Position numbers and translations under genes: made by a program
From: Acidimicrobiia bacterium
GTDB lineage: Bacteria; Actinomycetota; Acidimicrobiia; Spongiisociales; UBA5794
Direction of reading: 5' to 3'
DNA: 64,000 nt
NCBI GenBank assembly: GCA_041608535.1
Contig: JBFISM010000001.1
Coordinates: 30,139-94,138, forward strand
The notes under the pieces: generated by a model
Told to the model about the DNA's origin: nothing
Database searches by the model: none
The model's input: the letters and a program-made list of their open reading frames with translations, nothing else
Shown: positions 57,550 through 64,000 of the stretch, piece by piece
How positions within the stretch are numbered: position 1 is the stretch's first letter
Layout: every line of letters starts with the position of its first letter

Positions 57550-58701
57550 TCAGCCGACGAGCTGCACCGTCTCGGAGTATCCGATGTCGTCGACCGCACC
57601 CGAGCCGTTGAGCTTCACCACCATCAAATCCGCTTCCACGGGCGAGGGGAGAAACCGCTGGGCGACCATACCGTCCCCGGCAAGCGTGAGCTGCACCTCC
57701 GCAACGAGGTTGCCGTCTCGGTACAGCCACACAAACGCATCCTCCTCCACATCGACGAGGGTCACATCTGTGACGGTCACCAGACCCGTGTCTCCGAAAT
57801 CCTCGAAGTCGAGCACCAGGGTGCAGTCCGTCGTGATGTCATCGGCGTCCTCGGCATAGCTGGGTGCATCGTTGGCGCTCGCACCCGTGGGGCACGGTCC
57901 CCCGAAATCGTCCGGATCGGATGCGTCACCGTCCTCAGAGATGATGAGCACGCCTCCCTGGCCGGGGAGGAACAGATCGTTGTCTCCACCCGAGCAGTTG
58001 GACGCCGGCCCTCCGCCACAGGTGGCATCGAACACCATCGGACCGAAGGCCGTGTTCGATCCAATGGCCACCTCGCCGCTGATGTGGTCGCCGCTGATGC
58101 CATATCCGGCAGAGACCTCACTCGGCTGATCACCAGCGGGGATTCCCTCGAAATCGATCACGGCGCGACGTTTCAGCGAGATGGCGGTCGCCGACACGTC
58201 ACTGGTTTCGAAGCCGAGGACACGAGCGAAGAGGTGTTCCACCGGGTTGCCATATGCCGCGGAGCGGCGGGTGGTCACTTGCACGGCATTGAGGGGAAGA
58301 CCACTGGCCACGAATGTTCTCGTCGACGTGTCCCAGTTCCCCACCACGACGTCGGGCGCTTTGGTCAGGGGACCAGCTCCGTCATCGTTGCGATCGGCGT
58401 AGTCGATGGCGATCACCTCGGCCACCGTTGCAATTGGCAGCCCGCGCGCTGCGGCCGTCGAAGCAGCGTCTGCCGCCGTCTGCAGCTCGGTCCGCACCAC
58501 ATACAGGTGCCCGACATCAACCGCCAGTGCCGCAAAGCCGAAGATCACGAAGAGGAGCAGGCCCACGAAGATCGCCGTTGTCCCCGATTCCATTTCGCCT
58601 GATGCGACACGCCCCCGATGGAAGGAGCCGGTGGGCACCTTTGTCGAAAGAGGTGTGGCGTCGTCCGACGACCGCACCGGCAGCAGCTGCGTCTCCCCCA
58701 T
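57550..58701 (-). CDS. TadE/TadG-like pilus assembly protein with large C-terminal extension (paralog 1)
   Basis: Tad N-terminal domain TTAIFVGLLLFVIFGFAALAVDVGHLYVVRTELQTAADAAS; start ATG 58701 with GGGGGACGGGG SD; C-terminal domain with DATCGGGPASNCSGGD motif. Confidence 0.7.
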   Translation of the reverse strand: MGETQLLPVRSSDDATPLSTKVPTGSFHRGRVASGEMESGTTAIFVGLLLFVIFGFAALAVDVGHLYVVRTELQTAADAASTAAARGLPIATVAEVIAIDYADRNDDGAGPLTKAPDVVVGNWDTSTRTFVASGLPLNAVQVTTRRSAAYGNPVEHLFARVLGFETSDVSATAISLKRRAVIDFEGIPAGDQPSEVSAGYGISGDHISGEVAIGSNTAFGPMVFDATCGGGPASNCSGGDNDLFLPGQGGVLIISEDGDASDPDDFGGPCPTGASANDAPSYAEDADDITTDCTLVLDFEDFGDTGLVTVTDVTLVDVEEDAFVWLYRDGNLVAEVQLTLAGDGMVAQRFLPSPVEADLMVVKLNGSGAVDDIGYSETVQLVG

Positions 58702-58996
58702 GGTCCCCGTCCCCCAATGGCAGCAAATGAATGGTTGCGCCTCGCAGGGACCACGTAGCTGTGAGGTGCTGTATAGGTCTGAAGACGCATCATAGAGGCC
58801 AATGCGATGTACGACCGACGGGAGAGCGTTCACGCTGGGTTTAGCGGTGTGTCCGTCGTACGAGCGAGGTCAGAAAGACGCTTGGGACGGAAGAGATTCA
58901 CTTCCAACAAGGCACTGGGTCCGGCGTGTACCGGACCCAGTGGCCAGGGAGGTGACATGCGGCCGTGCGGTGACGCCCTCGTCTACCGCTACTGCC

Positions 58997-60097
58997 TCAC
59001 CCGACGAGGGAGACCGTCTCGGAATATCCAATGTCGTCGATGGCGCCCGATCCGTTCAGCTTGACCACCATGATGTCGCCGTCGACCGGCGTGGGCAGCA
59101 ACCGCTTGGCCGCCATGCCGTCACCCGCCAGGGTCAGTTGCACTTCGGCCACGAGGTTGCCGTTCCGGTAGATCCAGACAAAGGCGTCTTCCTCGACGTC
59201 GACAAGCGTGACATCCGTGATCGTGACAACTCCCTCGCCGAAGTTCCGGAAGTCGAGCACCAGCGTGCACAGCGTGGTCACGTCGCTGGGATTGGCGACC
59301 CATGCCGGAGCATCGTTGGCGGCAGCCCCTGTCGGGCAGGGCGTCGGTCCCGCATAGTCGTCCGGGTCGCTGGAATCGCCATCCTCAGAGATGATCAGCA
59401 CCCCGCCCTGGGTCGGGACGAAGAGGTCGCTGTCACCGCCTGTGCAGTTGGAGGCCGGCCCGCCGCCGCAGGTTGCGTCGAACACCATGGGACCGAATCC
59501 CGTGTTGGACGAGATGTCGACGGTACCGGGAATCGGGTCGCCGGAGATCCCGTATCCGCTCGATACCGAATAGGGCTGATCACCTGCCGGAATACCTTCG
59601 AAGTCGATGACGGCGTTCTGCCTCAGAGCAATCGATGCAGCTCGCACATCGGTGGTCGGGTTGCCCAGGATCCCGGCGAAGAGGTTGTCCACCGGATTGC
59701 CGTATGCGACCGAACGGTTCGTGATCACCTGCACCGCGTTGAAGGGGAGCCCGTTCTCGGTGTATGTGCGGGTGGACGAATCCCAGTAGCCCACCGAGAT
59801 GTCAGCGGCGTCCGTGATGTTGCCGTTTCCGAACGAGTTCTCGTTGTTGGCGTAATCGAGTGCGATCGCCTCGGCGGCGATCTCGAGCGGGAGCCCCCGA
59901 GCCCCTGCGGTCGCGGCAGCGTCGGCCGCCGTCTGCAGCTCGGCTCGCACCATGTAGATCTGGCCGACGTCGACCGCCAAGGCGGCAAACCCAAAGATCA
60001 CGGTGAGCAGGAGACCGACGAAGATAGCCGACACTCCACTCTCCGAGCGGAGACGCTCGTCCCCCGTTGCCGGCTCCACCACGTCCAGCTCGTTCAT
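58997..60097 (-). CDS. TadE/TadG-like pilus assembly protein with large C-terminal extension (paralog 2)
   Basis: SAIFVGLLLTVIFGFAALAVDVGQIYMVRAELQTAADAAA; 70-85 percent aa identity to paralog 1 along whole length; SD GGGGG 7 nt before ATG 60097. Confidence 0.7.
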   Translation of the reverse strand: MNELDVVEPATGDERLRSESGVSAIFVGLLLTVIFGFAALAVDVGQIYMVRAELQTAADAAATAGARGLPLEIAAEAIALDYANNENSFGNGNITDAADISVGYWDSSTRTYTENGLPFNAVQVITNRSVAYGNPVDNLFAGILGNPTTDVRAASIALRQNAVIDFEGIPAGDQPYSVSSGYGISGDPIPGTVDISSNTGFGPMVFDATCGGGPASNCTGGDSDLFVPTQGGVLIISEDGDSSDPDDYAGPTPCPTGAAANDAPAWVANPSDVTTLCTLVLDFRNFGEGVVTITDVTLVDVEEDAFVWIYRNGNLVAEVQLTLAGDGMAAKRLLPTPVDGDIMVVKLNGSGAIDDIGYSETVSLVG

Positions 60098-60494
60098 GTT
60101 GCACCCCCTGGCCGGGAGGTCCCATCCCCGAGGTCCGGTTCGTCACCGGAGCGGTCTTCGGATTCCCCCGCTTGGCTCGTATTCCCCTTTGCACACCATC
60201 GGACAGCCGAGATGAGCCGCCCGAGTCTCGATGGGACAGAACAGAAGGTCGTTGGCCCGCAACCGCGGCCGCGTGGGCGCAGCGATCAGCGCGACGTGAT
60301 TCCCCCAAATTCCATTCCCCAGCTCGTCGATTCGCCGAACCGGCGATTGCGGCCGTACGCCGCGTGCTCGACTCGCCTTGTGTGTTCGTAGGTTCCGTCA
60401 GTTGTGAGTTGTCGTGGCCCCGCCGGCCTCCTGCACGAAACGGCGTCGGTGCGGTTCCACGTCTATACGACACATGGCCGTGCCGCTTCTTACA

Positions 60495-61478
60495 TCATTC
60501 GGGGAACATGACCTCGTCGATGAGGCTTTCCTCGACGTGACCGCCCTTGGGCTCGAACCTGTAGTGCGCAAAGTCCTTCTCGAACTCGAGATCGAGACCC
60601 TCGGGTCCGTGGCGGTACTTCTCGAAGCTCAGCACGGTCCGCCGTTTGTGCTCCTCTGCCTTCAAGACGTCGAAGGAGGAGTGCAGCTTGGACACGGCGG
60701 TGAACTTGCTGTTGAGCAGGAGCAAGAGATCGGCTTCGTACCCGACGCCGGATGCGCCGTTGAGGTGGTGCATCCGCAGCCGGCGGATGTTGAGCCCGGA
60801 CGCATCCGAAGCGACGATGGCGAGCACGGCGACATCGGCGCTGAGTGCGATCGACTTGAGCCCCTGAGCGATCTTGGCGACGCGGCTCAGGTCCCCCGTG
60901 GCCGGGTGCGGCACTTTCTGGAGGAAGTCCACGATGAGCAGGCTGCCGGGGCCGGCGTGCTGCGCCGTCTCGGTCAGCGCCTGCAGGTCGGTACCGGTAC
61001 GGCTGGCGTTGATGAACCACAGCCGCTCTCCGTAGTCGCTGATCCTGCTGTACGCGGCACGGAGCAACAGGTTCCGGCTCAACTCGTCCTCGAGCGATGC
61101 CTCACCCAGAGCGATGCTGCGGATCGCTGCCCGCGTGGGACCGGAGGCGCCGGGCGCTCCCTCCACGAGGTCGCCCACCTCGAGCAACAGCAACCGGCTG
61201 AGCAGCGTCAGGTGATCGTGGTCGTAACACGCATAGACGACGTTCGTGCCCTGCTCTGCGGCGTTACGGGCCCATTGCATCGACATCACGGTCTTTCCCT
61301 GGCCGGGAGCGCCACCGAGGATGGTCAAGTCCCTGGGTCGCAGTCCACCTTCGAGCACCGTGTCGAGCGGCTCGAATCCGGTCGGAACGGTATGCACCCC
61401 GCGCGCCTCCTCGTCGACCGACGCCAGGACGGCACTCGCCGACCGGAACTGTGGAGCGTTGGGGTGGACTTCGAGCAT
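60495..61478 (-). CDS. RecA-superfamily (KaiC/DnaB-C/RadA-like) P-loop ATPase encoded 19 nt downstream of tadC
   Basis: Walker A GGAPGQGKTVMS, Walker B LLIVDFLQKV, RecA-like fold features; ATG 61478 with AAAGG SD immediately after tadC stop (61498); alternative GTG 61514 would overlap tadC. Confidence 0.7.
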   Translation of the reverse strand: MLEVHPNAPQFRSASAVLASVDEEARGVHTVPTGFEPLDTVLEGGLRPRDLTILGGAPGQGKTVMSMQWARNAAEQGTNVVYACYDHDHLTLLSRLLLLEVGDLVEGAPGASGPTRAAIRSIALGEASLEDELSRNLLLRAAYSRISDYGERLWFINASRTGTDLQALTETAQHAGPGSLLIVDFLQKVPHPATGDLSRVAKIAQGLKSIALSADVAVLAIVASDASGLNIRRLRMHHLNGASGVGYEADLLLLLNSKFTAVSKLHSSFDVLKAEEHKRRTVLSFEKYRHGPEGLDLEFEKDFAHYRFEPKGGHVEESLIDEVMFPE

Positions 61479-61497
61479 GGGGGTGCGACCTTTCGGC

Positions 61498-62430
61498 TCA
61501 GGGGACGAGGGCACCGCCGAGATCGCGGAAGATCCGGATCACGGCAGGACCGAGCAGGATGATGAACATGGCGGGGAAGATGCACATGGCGAGCGGGAAG
61601 ATGAGCTTGACCGGCAGCTTCATCGCCTGCTCTTCGGCACGCTGGAAGCGCTTGTCCCTGAGCTCGTCGGATTGCACCCGCAGCACGCCGGCCACCGGAA
61701 TGCCGTACTGCTCGGATTGCACGACAGCGAGGATGAAGCTGTCGAGATCCGACACCGCGGTACGGCTGGACAGATTGCGGAGAGCCTGCGGGCGAGGGAT
61801 ACCGAGCTGGATCTCGCGCAGCGTGCGCTGCAGCTCGTCGGCAAAAGGTCCCTCACCGGAGCGGGCCACTCTCGCTAGTGCAGCCTCGAAACCCAGCCCG
61901 GCGTCCACCGACATCCGGATCTGGTCGAGGGTGTCTGGAAGTTCGAGCTGGATGCTGTGCTGACGTGCCTTACCCTTTTGTGCGATCAACAGATCGGGCA
62001 GAAAGAAACCCAACGCTGTTACACCGAGCACAATCAGGGGCTGCAGTCGTGGTACCGACCCAAAGGGTCCCAACAGCCCGAAGGCGAGGCCAGCAGCACC
62101 CAGCCCGAATTTGGTGACCAGCATCCGCTCCACCGATGTGGTGTCGGCGTTGCCGGCCAAAACGAGATTCTTCCGCAGGGAGTCCGTCCACCCCGCCGGA
62201 GTGAGGCTCCGCAGGCGCACGCCCATGGCGCGCAGCATCGGGACACCGACACGCTTGCCGATGCCCTGCTGGAGCACCAGCGACCGGGCGTCGGTGGTTT
62301 CCGGCTTGCCCAGGATGCGCTCCCGGCTGGCGGCGCTTGCCGCGCTCACGCGGGTCGAAGCGACGGACCAGTACAAGACCGGGAGCGAGACGGAGACTGC
62401 GACCGCCGCAAGGATGATCTGGATTGGCAT
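61498..62430 (-). CDS. tadC: type II secretion system F family protein (TadC-like)
   Basis: 310 aa, N-terminal TM, cytoplasmic T2SSF domain, C-terminal TM pair; 9 nt after upstream tadB-like gene. Confidence 0.75.
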   Translation of the reverse strand: MPIQIILAAVAVSVSLPVLYWSVASTRVSAASAASRERILGKPETTDARSLVLQQGIGKRVGVPMLRAMGVRLRSLTPAGWTDSLRKNLVLAGNADTTSVERMLVTKFGLGAAGLAFGLLGPFGSVPRLQPLIVLGVTALGFFLPDLLIAQKGKARQHSIQLELPDTLDQIRMSVDAGLGFEAALARVARSGEGPFADELQRTLREIQLGIPRPQALRNLSSRTAVSDLDSFILAVVQSEQYGIPVAGVLRVQSDELRDKRFQRAEEQAMKLPVKLIFPLAMCIFPAMFIILLGPAVIRIFRDLGGALVP

Positions 62431-62439
62431 GGCGTCCTC

Positions 62440-64000
62440 CTAGTACTCCAACTTGGTGATTTTTCTCATCCACAGGACTCCGACCACCATGCCGAGCAAA
62501 CCGGCGGCGACCATGATCTGGCCCATGGTCGACTCGAACAGCTCGAGGAGGTAGTCCGGGTTGATCATCATGAGCGCTCCCACCAAGAACACGGGAAGCG
62601 ATCCCAGAATCACCCCCGAGAAGCGGCCCTCGGCGCTGAGCGACTTGACCCGACGCCGGATACGGTTCCGGTCACGGACGGTGTCGGTGACCGAGTCGAG
62701 GATCTCGCCGAGATCGCCACCGACCTCACGATGAATCTCGATCGCCTCGACCACCCACCGGAAGTCCTCCGATTGGAGGCGATGTGCCATGGCCTTCAGC
62801 GCCTCGTCCGAGTCCCGTCCGAGATGCGTCTCCAGCTTCACCCGGCGGAACTCCTCCCCTGCGGGATCGGCGATCTCGTTGGCGACAGTGTCGACGGCTT
62901 GCATCAGACCAAAACCGGAGCGGAGGCTGCCGGCCATGAGCTGAAGCGCATCTGGGAGCTGGGCGGCGAAGGACGAACGGCGTTTCGACGCTTTCTGGCT
63001 GAGGAAGGCGTAGATACCCAGGACCGTGAAGACGGCAAGTCCGAGCCCGGCGAGCCCGCTGATGGTGGCGAAGCCCACCGCCAAGGCGCCGAGCATGGCG
63101 GCGCCGGTGAGCACCACGAACTCTGCGGGACGCCACGACAGACCGGCCGCTTCAAGCTTGGTGTTGATGACACCGCGCCGCTCGCCCTTCTCGAGGCTGC
63201 GATCGGCGAACAACGTGGCTTGCTCGGCGAGCGACGACAGGGTCTTGCCCTTCGTCTCGCCGAACTTCTTCGACACCGCCTTGGCGACGAGCTGCACGTT
63301 CCTCGGCTGGCCGATACCGGAGAGGAACACGATCGTCGCCAGCGAGACGAACATCATGCCGAGTCCCGTGTAGAGCAGCCCCGGTCGGTCGAACAACCCG
63401 AGCTGCACTTCGAAGCCCTCACGCAACGCCGGAGCCACCGTGGCCACGGGGGCGACGACCGTGGTGGGGGTCACCGAAACCACGCTTGTCGGGGGTACCG
63501 TCTCGGTCACCGGAGGGGGTTCCGGGTATTCCACGATCCCGACGAGCGACGTCGACTGACCGTTGGCGCTGGCGACCACCTCGAGCTCCGTTGCGTCGAA
63601 CGACGCCGACTCGAACGTCAGCGAGAATTGGTTGACGATGGCCGTGGCCAGCTCATTGAGAACGCCCGTGAGCGCTTCCGGGTCGTCGGCGGACACCACC
63701 CGGCTCTCCCCGGCATCGGGGTGAGCTGCTTCGGCGAGCGCTCGCATCGCCACCGGATCGTTCTCCGTTCCTTTCAGCTCGATGGCGTGATAGGCCACAT
63801 CCGTCACCACGAGCCGCTCCTCCAGCTCGATGAGCGTGAGTGCGCTGGCGGTATCGGCGCCGTCGGAGAGCAACACCACGGTATTGCGGGTGTCCTCGAG
63901 CCCGGCGAACTGATCGAGCCCGAGCGCCAGACCGTCGTACAACGCCGTGTTGCCTCCGGTAGAGATGCCCCGGATGGCCTCGGCCAGCTCGGCCGCATCG
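62440..64000 (-). CDS. tadB: VWA domain - TadB-like (T2SSF) fusion protein, 5' end beyond window
   Basis: C-terminal 310 aa T2SSF membrane domain; upstream in same frame, open to window edge: ...GGNTALYDGLALGLDQFAGLEDTRNTVVLLSDGADT (VWA C-terminal half) then Thr/Val/Pro linker; ORF-track start 63942 is a TTG in a frame with no stop up to base 64000. Confidence 0.65.
   Translation of the reverse strand, partial: DAAELAEAIRGISTGGNTALYDGLALGLDQFAGLEDTRNTVVLLSDGADTASALTLIELEERLVVTDVAYHAIELKGTENDPVAMRALAEAAHPDAGESRVVSADDPEALTGVLNELATAIVNQFSLTFESASFDATELEVVASANGQSTSLVGIVEYPEPPPVTETVPPTSVVSVTPTTVVAPVATVAPALREGFEVQLGLFDRPGLLYTGLGMMFVSLATIVFLSGIGQPRNVQLVAKAVSKKFGETKGKTLSSLAEQATLFADRSLEKGERRGVINTKLEAAGLSWRPAEFVVLTGAAMLGALAVGFATISGLAGLGLAVFTVLGIYAFLSQKASKRRSSFAAQLPDALQLMAGSLRSGFGLMQAVDTVANEIADPAGEEFRRVKLETHLGRDSDEALKAMAHRLQSEDFRWVVEAIEIHREVGGDLGEILDSVTDTVRDRNRIRRRVKSLSAEGRFSGVILGSLPVFLVGALMMINPDYLLELFESTMGQIMVAAGLLGMVVGVLWMRKITKLEY

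Larger units (their letters stand above)
57550..60097 (-). repeat. tandem duplication (two ~1.1-kb paralogous TadG-like genes, ~65-80% nt identity)
   Basis: aligned nucleotide blocks e.g. 57651..57790 vs 59101..59240 and protein-level collinearity. Confidence 0.6.

Noticed and set aside
60100-60495. Possible hidden short flp pilin gene in the 400-nt gap between TadG-like paralog 2 and the KaiC-like gene
   Set aside because: I translated the minus strand around the only GAATAC (EY) codon pair (60179..60184). It gives G-E-Y-E-P-S-G-G-I-R with a nearby stop and no Flp-like hydrophobic helix. No pilin found; the gap is likely promoter/UTR.
60495-61514. KaiC/DnaB-like ATPase as part of a prophage replication module
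   Set aside because: No integrase, primase or other phage genes nearby. The gene abuts tadC in the same orientation (19-nt gap with SD, or overlapping if the GTG start is used). Kept as a Tad-associated ATPase, though a phage origin is not fully excluded.
63804-63998. 64-aa minus-strand ORF at window end
   Set aside because: It is in a different frame from the open VWA-TadB reading frame that runs to the window edge. Short and Arg/Pro-rich.
1-64000. CRISPR arrays, rRNA or tRNA genes
   Set aside because: No regularly spaced short direct repeats and no sequences with rRNA/tRNA characteristics were seen. Intergenic regions are short apart from those described.

Overview
This is a high-GC (about 70%) actinobacterial-type chromosomal segment, densely coded on both strands, with many ATGA/GTGA start-stop overlaps and several leaderless-looking starts. 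I found no rRNA, tRNA or CRISPR.

Gene content, in order:
- 1-8.1 kb: an Fe(3+)/polyamine-type ABC importer (ATPase, fused-duplicated permease, binding protein), then a Zur-type regulon. zur and a znuC-like ATPase read leftward; znuA and znuB read rightward; a cluster of ATTCTC/GAGAAT inverted repeats sits in the shared operator region.
- 8-19 kb: a 2TM protein, a secreted protein of unknown function with a clean terminator hairpin, an amidohydrolase, an MBL hydrolase, ftsH, a GH13 TreZ-like glycosidase, an ATP-dependent DNA ligase, a GNAT, and a Tat-secreted intradiol-dioxygenase-like protein.
- 19-28 kb: metabolic genes. These are a class-V PLP enzyme, an MR/MLE enolase-family protein, a pirin, a ThrC-like protein and gabD.
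- 28-30 kb: an HNH/DUF222 (REP13E12-like) gene followed by a strongly C-rich, G-poor non-coding region of about 430 nt with imperfect direct repeats.
- 30-38 kb: a DeoR-controlled sugar ABC uptake system with no ATPase gene, then ino1 (MIPS), a LysR regulator and a DoxX protein.
- 39.1 kb: a monocistronic Flp pilin gene with a near-consensus promoter, a 5'UTR hairpin and an intrinsic terminator.
- 40-45 kb: a complete oleA / oleBC-fusion / oleD long-chain olefin cluster, with a 4-Cys cryptochrome/photolyase family gene directly upstream.
- 48.5-49.0 kb: two coupled small membrane proteins.
- 49.5-53.2 kb: a second Flp pilin, a small ORF, and a 1073-aa STAND NTPase-TPR regulator whose SARP (wHTH+BTAD) domain is at the C-terminus rather than the N-terminus.
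- 53-57.5 kb: aminotransferases, a YgjP-like peptidase and a thiolase.
- 57.5-64 kb: a Tad-like pilus assembly locus, the most unusual system here. It has two tandem TadG/TadE-like paralogs with a Cys-containing C-terminal extension, a RecA/KaiC/DnaB-superfamily ATPase 19 nt downstream of tadC, and a VWA-TadB fusion that runs off the window edge.

Both Flp pilin genes lie 8-20 kb away from the Tad machinery.
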